Positions 40,750-50,000 of a stretch of 64,000 nt of DNA are shown piece by piece; position 1 is the stretch's first letter, and each line of letters starts with the position of its first letter. The notes under the pieces were generated by a model, which was given only the letters and a program-made list of their open reading frames with translations, did not search any database and was not told where the DNA came from. The stretch comes from Sedimentisphaerales bacterium (GTDB taxonomy: Bacteria; Planctomycetota; Phycisphaerae; Sedimentisphaerales; SM23-30), in assembly GCA_963666285.1 (NCBI GenBank), contig OY762711.1; one strand, 5' to 3'. The position numbers were made by a program, and so were the translations under genes.

Positions 40750-42500
40750 TATTTAGCACCAGGCGAAACTTGGAGCAGAGCAGGCATAGCCTGCACCAGA
40801 CCTCAGCAGCCTCGCTGCGTTCGGACCAGACATAGTCTGGACCAGACCTCGCTTTGCTCGGTAACGAATAGAGATTGTCAATTCTAGAGGGCAAATCAGA
40901 ATGATTTGCCGAGGCGTGATACAAATATTCAGTTTTTCAAAGAGCAAAATTTATGTAAAAGACGAAGTATTCGTCGTTGTTAAGTTTTAACGAGAGCAGT
41001 TTTTTTGTCGGTAATCATTTTTATTAGCTCTCTACAATTGGACGGTATGTCGAAAGTGCGCTGATTTTTTTGATGGGATGGTTGGTTTGGAAGTTTGTAA
41101 GGTGTTGTGGATAAGCGGGATAATAATTTTGAAGATTTTAGATTTTCGCGATTTGGTGGATGTAAAAACGAGATGATTTTTTCGAGAAAATCAGGGGCCA
41201 GGGATCAGGTTTCAGATGCCAGGGAAGGTTGCTCGCTACCGCTCGCGGGTAATTGATGGGTAACGGGAGGTGTGCGGAAAGGTAACGGGACAGCGCGGAG
41301 GTGGGACGGCGGTGAAAAGGGGTGCGGATTTGAACGGCGGGGAATTGCGGGCTGCGGACAGTATACGGCGGAACGTTGAATGGGTGCGGCGGTATACGGA
41401 CTGGAACGAAGCGGAGAAGCGACGAGCTACGCTAAATGAAAATGAATAATGAAAAATGAAAAGTTGAGGTGTCCGCTTCGCGGACGGCTTGTTTTAAACG
41501 GCTACGCCGAACGACGGAAGGTCGTTAGAGATTAGAGCAGGTGAGCAGAAGAACAGGCAATCAGCAGCGAGCCAACAGCGGCCAGCGAGCAGCCAAGCTG
41601 CTAGAGATTAGAGCAGATGACAGTGGAACAGGAGGAAGATAAATACGTGCTACGCACTCTGGCACATCATTGGACAAGTCCAATGATGTGAAGGTGTCGC
41701 TACGCAACCTGTTTGAATAATGTGCCGAGCTCCGCCTGAGGCGGATTTCAATCAGCTCAGCGTTCCCAGGAGTGAAGGTGTCGCTACGCGACCTGTTTTA
41801 AACGGGTTCGGCGAAAAGCAGAACCATCAATGAACGCGGATGAACACTGATAAGATGTTGCTAACGCGACGGATGTTTCATGCTCAGTGTTACCAGAGGT
41901 GAAGGAGGGGTTAAAAAACGGAATGAAATTGAAGAGTGCGGGGATATAAGAACGAATGCATGGCGGGTTCAGGGAAGAGTTGCGGCGGGGAGGGGATTTT
42001 GCGGATATTTACGTAAGTTGTTATTTTTGGATTGTGGGCGGACCAGATGCCGCGAAGCGGCATCTGAAGTCTGAAGTTTGAAGTCTGAATTCTGAAAAGA
42101 TGGTGTTCGCCTAGCGGCTCACAACTTATTTTAAAGCTGTTGCATATTTAAATTCAGAATTATGAAAAAGATTGGCAACCACGAAAATTCACGAAAGAAC
42201 ACGAAAAAAAATACTGTTGCTCGCAGAGGACGCAAAGATCGCAAAGAATATTACCTGGCCATGAAGGGAATGCGTTAAATTTAAAATTAAAAATTAAGAA
42301 TTGAGAATTAAAAAGAACTGAAAAATACAAGGCTGCGATAAGTACCAATAATTATAAGATGGCTTGCTTCAGCCTTCGTTAAAGCTATGGTTCGACAAGA
42401 CCGGACGTGATTAATAATTCTGAACCACTGATGCACGCGGATGGACACCGATAAGAAAATGTTTAGATAACTTGACGGTAAATTTTACAACCACGAAAAT
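40750..42500. repeat. Non-coding mosaic of short tandem repeats and hairpins (part 1)
   Basis: No credible ORF; 7-mer and 9-mer tandem runs, recurring AGGTGTC-hairpin-TTTTAAA modules, REP-like palindromes. Confidence 0.75.
42176..42210 (+). repeat. Empty (uninterrupted) IS target repeat
   Basis: CAACCACGA-AAAT-TCACGAAAGAACACGAAAA is the sequence obtained by joining the flanks of either IS copy. Confidence 0.9.
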
Positions 42501-42619
42501 ACAATGAAAGCCAGAATATTCCTGTAGCATGGCTTGTGTTATAATACACAATAATTTTAGCACGAGCTGTCACAGGGACGCTCAAATATTTAACCAATTT
42601 TATACGGAGTATTCTGGCT

Positions 42620-43666
42620 ATGAAGACTATTATGTCAATTGATTTAGGAAAATTCAAGAGTGTAGTTTGTTTTTATGAGGTAAAAAGCTGTAAGGCTATA
42701 TATAAGTCGTTTAAGACTAACCCTCAAGAGCTTCATGACCTGGCAGTATCTCACCCTGCTGATCTTATTGTATTTGAGGCTTGTGATATCATAGGCTGGA
42801 TTTGTGACCTTTTTGACACCCTGGAATTAAAATATGAAGTGGCAAATACTAATACCGGCGAATGGTCTGGCAGAAAATTGAAGAAGAAAACAGATAAAAA
42901 GGATGCATTTTGGCTGGCCAAGCGTGCTGCTTTAGGAGATTTATCAACTGTCTATGTTCCTAAAAAGGAAATTCGAGAGAAACGATCTTTAATTAATTAT
43001 CGCCAGAGCCTTACAGAACGGATAACTCAGGTAAAAAATACTATTCGTTCTTTATTAAATGCCCAGGCGTATTCGTTGCCGTCAGGCAGAAAGTGCTGGT
43101 CTAAGCAGAATCTGGAACAGTTAAGAAGTATGGCTATGCCAATGGATAAAGTTAAACCAGATGAGCTCTGGAAAGGCAATCTATGGAGCGAGCTTATATT
43201 ACTGGAACAATTAACAGACGCTTTGCAAGTAGTTGAAGATAAACTGGAAGAGTTAAATAGTACTGATGAAAAGGTAAAACTATTACAGACTGTTCCCGGA
43301 GTTGGCCCACGTCTGGCAGAGGCAGTTGCAGCTTATATTGATGATCCACATAGATTTAAGAATTGCAAACAAGTTGGCAGCTATATTGGTATGACACCGC
43401 GTCAGTACCAATCAGGTAATACAGACCGTCATGGGCGGATAAGTAAATATGGCAATAGGTTATTGCGAGCATTACTTGTTGAGGTTTGCTGGCTGGGTTT
43501 GCGTTGGAATCCATGGATAAAAGAAACATACGAAAGAATAAAGAGGGGAAGTAAAACTCGTGCAAAAATAGCGATAGTAGCTACAGCCCGACGGTTGTTC
43601 GTACGATTGTGGGCGATGATGCGAGATGGGACAAGTTGGCAGATGCCTGAATTGCAAAGTGTTTGA
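42620..43666 (+). CDS. IS110-family DEDD transposase/recombinase
   Basis: SIDLGK, FEAC, KTDKKDA (DEDD); TVPGVG; QYQSG; GRISKYGNRLLR. Confidence 0.95.
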   Translation: MKTIMSIDLGKFKSVVCFYEVKSCKAIYKSFKTNPQELHDLAVSHPADLIVFEACDIIGWICDLFDTLELKYEVANTNTGEWSGRKLKKKTDKKDAFWLAKRAALGDLSTVYVPKKEIREKRSLINYRQSLTERITQVKNTIRSLLNAQAYSLPSGRKCWSKQNLEQLRSMAMPMDKVKPDELWKGNLWSELILLEQLTDALQVVEDKLEELNSTDEKVKLLQTVPGVGPRLAEAVAAYIDDPHRFKNCKQVGSYIGMTPRQYQSGNTDRHGRISKYGNRLLRALLVEVCWLGLRWNPWIKETYERIKRGSKTRAKIAIVATARRLFVRLWAMMRDGTSWQMPELQSV

Positions 43667-43699
43667 TACCAATATAAGTAAAATATAAATATTACCTAT

Positions 43700-43900
43700 G
43701 ATTTTGCCCGATTGAAATCGATACGGAACCTTGGTCGTGCATTTGGGTTTTGAACCTGACACGAAAATTAAGCCGTATCGCAATATATATAATGGAACCA
43801 TGGCGTAAAATACAGCCTCGGACACTCCGGATAGAAAGATGAAACAATCAGGTAAATAATGATTCGCTACGCGAAAATTGTTTTAAATAGGTTTATCGCA
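43700..43900 (+). ncRNA. Candidate bridge/seekRNA of IS copy 1 (boundaries approximate)
   Basis: Stem CGATACGG/CCGTATCG closes an internal loop holding TCGTGCATTT (complement of right target) and CACGAAAATT (left target). Confidence 0.75.
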
Positions 43901-44069
43901 TAAGGTCAAAAAGCAAAAAACGAGGCGGTGTAAAACCGCCCCGGCTTCTTGACAACTTGCAACGCTCGGGTTGCTCCTCAGCAGAGCCCTATCCTTTGCA
44001 AGATAAAGGAATTATAGCAAAAATGAATAAAATTAGAAAATTAATGTTGCATTCTGGCTTCATAGAAAT

Positions 44070-44544
44070 TCACGAAAGAACACGAAAAAAAATACTGTTG
44101 CTCGCAGAGGCCGCAAGGTTCGCAAAGTATCATTTCAAATATGGCACTGACCGACACGGGCAGGCACAGGCAAACACGGTAGGCAGCAATCAGCAATCAG
44201 CAATCAGCTACGAGCGGCGAGCGAACAGTGAAGAGGAAATACGTGCTGCGCACTCTGGCACATCATTGGACAAGTCCAATGATGTGAAGGTGTCGCCTGG
44301 CGGCGAGGATGATTAAAAAATAATGGGGAGGCTTGTTTATTCACCCGGTTGAAACCGGGGGCTACCAAAAATTAGCAGTCAGCGGCGAGCGATGCTAAGT
44401 GAAAAATGAATAATGAAAAGTGAAAAGTTGAGGTGTCCTGATATACGTTGACATCAGGAATAATTCGCTGTCGCTCACGACTTATTTTTAAGCTGTCGCA
44501 TATTTAAATTCAGAATTATGAAAAAGATTGTCAACCACGAAAAT
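44070..44544. repeat. Repeat mosaic between the IS copies (part 2)
   Basis: Re-uses modules from 41430-41700 and 42125-42260; CAATCAG tandem run; GTAG-type hairpin at 44342-44367. Confidence 0.75.
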
Positions 44545-44663
44545 ACAATGAAAGCCAGAATATTCCTGTAGCATGGCTTGTGTTATAATACACAATAATT
44601 TTAGCACGAGCTGTCACAGGGACGCTCAAATATTTAACCAATTTTATACGGAGTATTCTGGCT

Positions 44664-45710
44664 ATGAAGACTATTATGTCAATTGATTTAGGAAAATTCA
44701 AGAGTGTAGTTTGTTTTTATGAGGTAAAAAGCTGTAAGGCTATATATAAGTCGTTTAAGACTAACCCTCAAGAGCTTCATGACCTGGCAGTATCTCACCC
44801 TGCTGATCTTATTGTATTTGAGGCTTGTGATATCATAGGCTGGATTTGTGACCTTTTTGACACCCTGGAATTAAAATATGAAGTGGCAAATACTAATACC
44901 GGCGAATGGTCTGGCAGAAAATTGAAGAAGAAAACAGATAAAAAGGATGCATTTTGGCTGGCCAAGCGTGCTGCTTTAGGAGATTTATCAACTGTCTATG
45001 TTCCTAAAAAGGAAATTCGAGAGAAACGATCTTTAATTAATTATCGCCAGAGCCTTACAGAACGGATAACTCAGGTAAAAAATACTATTCGTTCTTTATT
45101 AAATGCCCAGGCGTATTCGTTGCCGTCAGGCAGAAAGTGCTGGTCTAAGCAGAATCTGGAACAGTTAAGAAGTATGGCTATGCCAATGGATAAAGTTAAA
45201 CCAGATGAGCTCTGGAAAGGCAATCTATGGAGCGAGCTTATATTACTGGAACAATTAACAGACGCTTTGCAAGTAGTTGAAGATAAACTGGAAGAGTTAA
45301 ATAGTACTGATGAAAAGGTAAAACTATTACAGACTGTTCCCGGAGTTGGCCCACGTCTGGCAGAGGCAGTTGCAGCTTATATTGATGATCCACATAGATT
45401 TAAGAATTGCAAACAAGTTGGCAGCTATATTGGTATGACACCGCGTCAGTACCAATCAGGTAATACAGACCGTCATGGGCGGATAAGTAAATATGGCAAT
45501 AGGTTATTGCGAGCATTACTTGTTGAGGTTTGCTGGCTGGGTTTGCGTTGGAATCCATGGATAAAAGAAACATACGAAAGAATAAAGAGGGGAAGTAAAA
45601 CTCGTGCAAAAATAGCGATAGTAGCTACAGCCCGACGGTTGTTCGTACGATTGTGGGCGATGATGCGAGATGGGACAAGTTGGCAGATGCCTGAATTGCA
45701 AAGTGTTTGA
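44664..45710 (+). CDS. IS110-family DEDD transposase/recombinase
   Basis: Protein identical to 42620..43666. Confidence 0.95.
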   Translation: MKTIMSIDLGKFKSVVCFYEVKSCKAIYKSFKTNPQELHDLAVSHPADLIVFEACDIIGWICDLFDTLELKYEVANTNTGEWSGRKLKKKTDKKDAFWLAKRAALGDLSTVYVPKKEIREKRSLINYRQSLTERITQVKNTIRSLLNAQAYSLPSGRKCWSKQNLEQLRSMAMPMDKVKPDELWKGNLWSELILLEQLTDALQVVEDKLEELNSTDEKVKLLQTVPGVGPRLAEAVAAYIDDPHRFKNCKQVGSYIGMTPRQYQSGNTDRHGRISKYGNRLLRALLVEVCWLGLRWNPWIKETYERIKRGSKTRAKIAIVATARRLFVRLWAMMRDGTSWQMPELQSV

Positions 45711-45743
45711 TACCAATATAAGTAAAATATAAATATTACCTAT

Positions 45744-45944
45744 GATTTTGCCCGATTGAAATCGATACGGAACCTTGGTCGTGCATTTGGGTTTTGAACC
45801 TGACACGAAAATTAAGCCGTATCGCAATATATATAATGGAACCATGGCGTAAAATACAGCCTCGGACACTCCGGATAGAAAGATGAAACAATCAGGTAAA
45901 TAATGATTCGCTACGCGAAAATTGTTTTAAATAGGTTTATCGCA
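45744..45944 (+). ncRNA. Candidate bridge/seekRNA of IS copy 2 (boundaries approximate)
   Basis: Same sequence as 43700-43900. Confidence 0.75.
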
Positions 45945-46113
45945 TAAGGTCAAAAAGCAAAAAACGAGGCGGTGTAAAACCGCCCCGGCTTCTTGACAAC
46001 TTGCAACGCTCGGGTTGCTCCTCAGCAGAGCCCTATCCTTTGCAAGATAAAGGAATTATAGCAAAAATGAATAAAATTAGAAAATTAATGTTGCATTCTG
46101 GCTTCATAGAAAT

Positions 46114-46700
46114 TCACGAAAGAACACGAAAAAAAACTGTTGCTCGCAGAGGCCGCAAAGATCGCAAAGAATATTACTTGATCATGAAGGGAGTGGAGTT
46201 AATGAAGGAGAATAGAAGAGCGAAGCATTGCTAAGTGAAAAGTTATTAAGGTGGCCGCCTATCCTTCGACTAGCTCAGGACAGGTCGGTTCACGACTTGT
46301 TTTAAAGCTGTTGCTACGGATTGTAGAAAAAACGGATTGTGGTAAGTTGGGGAAATGGAATTTTGACTGTAACTAATGAGTGGGGTTGCGGTATAAGAGT
46401 GTGTGGTGTGAGTGAAGATGACATCAGGAATAATTTGCTTTCGCGAACTATTTTAAAGCTCCGCAAACACAGAATCTGACGCAAATAACGCACCTGTGAA
46501 TGCTTACAAGAATGAAATGAGATGGAAGCGATTGGCAGGTGGGCAGCTAAAGGCAACGGCTGTCAGCGGACAGCAAGCAGGATGGGATGTTAATTCCACA
46601 TTGTGCTGCGCACTTCGGCACTTTTCAGGCGGAGCTGAAAAGTGGAGGTATTGCCTGGCGGCGAGGCTTGTTACAAATGATGAGAATATCGGGATGGTTT
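46114..46700. repeat. Repeat mosaic (part 3)
   Basis: Right half of the target unit, then further AGGT-hairpin-TTTTAAA-type modules (46249-46306, 46420-46456, 46646-46678). Confidence 0.7.
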
Positions 46701-47075
46701 AGGAGATTTTCCGGTGTGAGTTTGTGTTGAGGGGCTGGTGCGAGTGTTGGTGTTGTTGGGGTGTTGTAAGTGGTTGTATTATAGTGGTTTATGTTGTGGT
46801 GGTTTCGTGTTGGAAATGAAGGCAATGTTTTTTGAATTGCGGCGTCAATTTTGATGGTAAGTGTTTGGGGAATTGGCGTTTATTTGGTATAATACTATTG
46901 TTTTGAGATTGATTTTGTCTTTTGGCCGGGAAAGAACAGTTTTTTCTCCCGGAAGTTAAGTTTTTTAATAATTGCAGTAGAGTTAAGTCTTGTTTTGAAA
47001 AGAAGTTAGAGGATGAAAAACTGAACGGGTGAACAGTTGAGCAGAAGAAAGAAATATGAGTCTGGAGTCATAAAA

Positions 47076-50000
47076 ATGAAAAATATAATAACTTGTGTGT
47101 TAATTGTATTGTTATGGATGTCAACATTTGCATTTGGTGTGGGTGGAGTTTTGCCTGGGAGTGGGACAGTGAGTGATCCGTATTTGATAGAGGATCTGGC
47201 GGATTTTGATGTGTTTGCGGATGAGGCTAATGCCGGGACGTATTGGGCGAGCGGTGTGTATGCGAAACTGGTGTGTGATATAGATTTGAATGGTCGTGTA
47301 TATGATAGAGCTGTTATTGCATGGGATACAGATGATACAAATGGTGTTAATTTTGATGGAGCAGATTATTCAGGGATCTTTGAAGGTAATAATCACATAA
47401 TAAGTAATATTTCGCTAGAGACTTATTATTACGCAGGGCTTTTTGGTCGGTTAAATAATGGTTCAATTTTAAATCTAGGTGTCGAAAATATAAACATTAC
47501 AAGTTCCAATGGATATAGTGAATATGTTGGTGGTTTGGTCAGCTGTAGTATAAGCAGCTTAATCAATAATTGTTACACAATAGCAACAATTGAGACGGGT
47601 GGTTCTATGGTTGGCGGACTGGCAGGTTGTAATGGGTATGGCAGTACAATTGAAAAATGTTATAGCAATGCAACGGTTTCCGGATACCAATTAATTGGTG
47701 GTTTAGTCGGACTCAATAAAAGTAGTGGTACAATAAACGAAAGTTATGCTATTGGTTATATATCTGGCAGCAGGCTTGTAGGTGGTCTGGCGGGAAGGAA
47801 TTACGGTGGGTCAATATATTGGAGTAATGCATCAAGTACAGTTTCCTGTGATAATGAGATGGTTGGCGGTTTAGCAGGAGGTTCTTCTACTGGTTCCATA
47901 ATTTCTAATTGTTACTCAACGGGTACTATTACTGGAGATGCATATAAGGCCGGAGGCTTGATTGGTGATCTGGAATATGGACAATTATTGAGTTGTTATT
48001 CGCATTGTAGTGTATCAGGATCAAATTCAGTTGGAGGTCTTATTGGATCAGCAAAAGTATTAGATGTGGAATATTGCTATTCAACTGGAGTAGTGTCTGG
48101 AAGCCGATACCCTGGCGGTTTTATGGGATACTTATATTCCGGAAGCTCAGGTATAAAATCATGTTTCTGGGATGTTGACAGTTCTGGTATGACGAACGGA
48201 TTTAGCAGTTATAATATTGGAACGATTTCAGAACTGCAAGGGCTGAATACAGGTGAGATGCAAACTCGATCTACTTTTACTGATGCAGGATGGGACTTTA
48301 TTGATGAGAGCAGCAATGGTACTGATGACTTTTGGTCAATGAAATTATATCCAATATTAAGTATTAATACTGATGGATTTATTTCTATTCCTGACATAAC
48401 AAGCTTACCCCAGATTGATGCAGAAGCGTTAATAATAAGTTCAGGTTTTGTGCCAGGCAATATTAGTTATGATTATAACAGCATAATTCCTGAAGGAAAT
48501 GTAATTAGTCAATTTCCTTTAGCAGGTAAAATGAGGGTGTCAGGCGCCTACATTAATTATACTTTATCATTGGGAGTTTATCCTATTACTGGTTTGGGTA
48601 CAAAAGAATCCCCATATATTATTTCTGATTTTGAAGGTTTTAATATTTTCTGTGATCCGGAAAATGCAGTGAAATACTGGGAGGAGGGAGTTTATACTAG
48701 ATTAGACAATGATATTGACCTGGATCCAGTTTTACCTGACAGGCAGTTGTATACTATGGCACCAATATCACCAGATAGTGCTGGTTCAGGATATCAGGGA
48801 AAAGAATTCAGTGGAGTGTTTGACGGAAGTGGTAAAATAGTAAGTAACCTTACTATCGATGGATCATACTATTGTGGTATGTTTGGTAGAATAGGAACCA
48901 GCGGTTCAGTTATTAACCTCGGTTTGGAAAATGTTTCTGTTACCGGTTCATTTGATAATATTAGCGGACTTGCGGGAGAAAGTTCCGGCAATGTCAGCAA
49001 TTGCTACATTACCGGCATTGTTAGCGGGAGAGACGCTGTTGGCGGGCTTGTTGCAGAAAATAATAGAGGTAGTATTGATAATTGTTACAGCACATGCTCT
49101 GTGACAGGCGATTATGAAATTGGTGGTCTAGTTGGATCTAATTATTTTGGCAGTATTAGTAATTGTTACAGCATTGGTATTGTAGACGGGAATTTACTTG
49201 AGGGCGGACTGGTCGGAAGCGATCTTTCAGGTATCATTAGTAATTGTTATTTATATATTTATTGTGGTTTGAATAATGGACATGGTATTCCACTGGATGA
49301 TACTGGATTAGAGACAAAATCCAGTTTTTCCGGATTTGACTTTACCGGCGATAATGCTGATGGTTCTGGGGATTACTGGGCTATTGAGCCTGGTTATATG
49401 CCAAGACTTGTTTGGCAGGAATCTCCCGGTTTTAATGCGCCATATTTAATTGACAATATTACTACCAGCTTACTAGGCAGCGGTTATTCTGATGACCCTT
49501 TTATAATAGATAGTTATAGTGATCTAATGATATTTAAGAGCGACTCATCTCTGCGAATCGGCTACTACAGCTTAACAACTGATATAGATTTGTCAGGCAT
49601 AACATATACAGAAGCGTTTATACCGGATGATTTTTTCGGAATATTCCAGGGTAATGGTCATCGTATCTCCAACTTAACGATTGATAGTGATTCTAACCTG
49701 GGTTTGTTTGGTAGACTTAATGGTACAGTAGACAATCTAATCCTTGATGACATATCGATAAACGGCACAGGTTCTTATGTCGGTGGGGCAGCAGGAAACA
49801 ATTATTATGGCATTATCAGTAATTGCTATGTTACGGGCAGTATAGTTGGTTTGGGTAACTATGTTGGCGGACTGGCTGGGCGTAGTTATGGTAACATCAG
49901 CAATTGTTGCAACGAAAGTAATATTAGCGGCTCTTATCAAAGCACTGGTGGTTTAACGGGGGATAATTCTGGCAGAGTCATGAAAAGTTACAGTACCGGC

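Larger units (their letters stand above)
42501..44069 (+). mobile_element. IS110-family (IS1111-type) insertion sequence, copy 1 (1569 bp including one AAAT core)
   Basis: Ends defined against the empty site; subterminal IRs ATGAAAGCCAGAAT (42504-42517) and ATTCTGGCTTCAT (44051-44063); ~400 bp 3' non-coding region. Confidence 0.92.
44545..46113 (+). mobile_element. IS110-family (IS1111-type) insertion sequence, copy 2
   Basis: Same ends, protein and non-coding region as copy 1 at offset +2044; same target core. Confidence 0.92.

Noticed and set aside
41240..41410. G-rich CGG/GGG tract as a G-quadruplex element
   Set aside because: Mostly GG doublets with irregular spacing; cannot be separated from the general strand skew of the repeat region
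43957..44316. ORFs 43957..44316 and 46001..46234 as genes
   Set aside because: TTG-started frames that cross the IS right end into repeats and diverge after the junction; no recognisable domain
40750..46700. CRISPR array
   Set aside because: Repeats vary in length and sequence, there is no constant repeat-spacer period, and no cas genes are present
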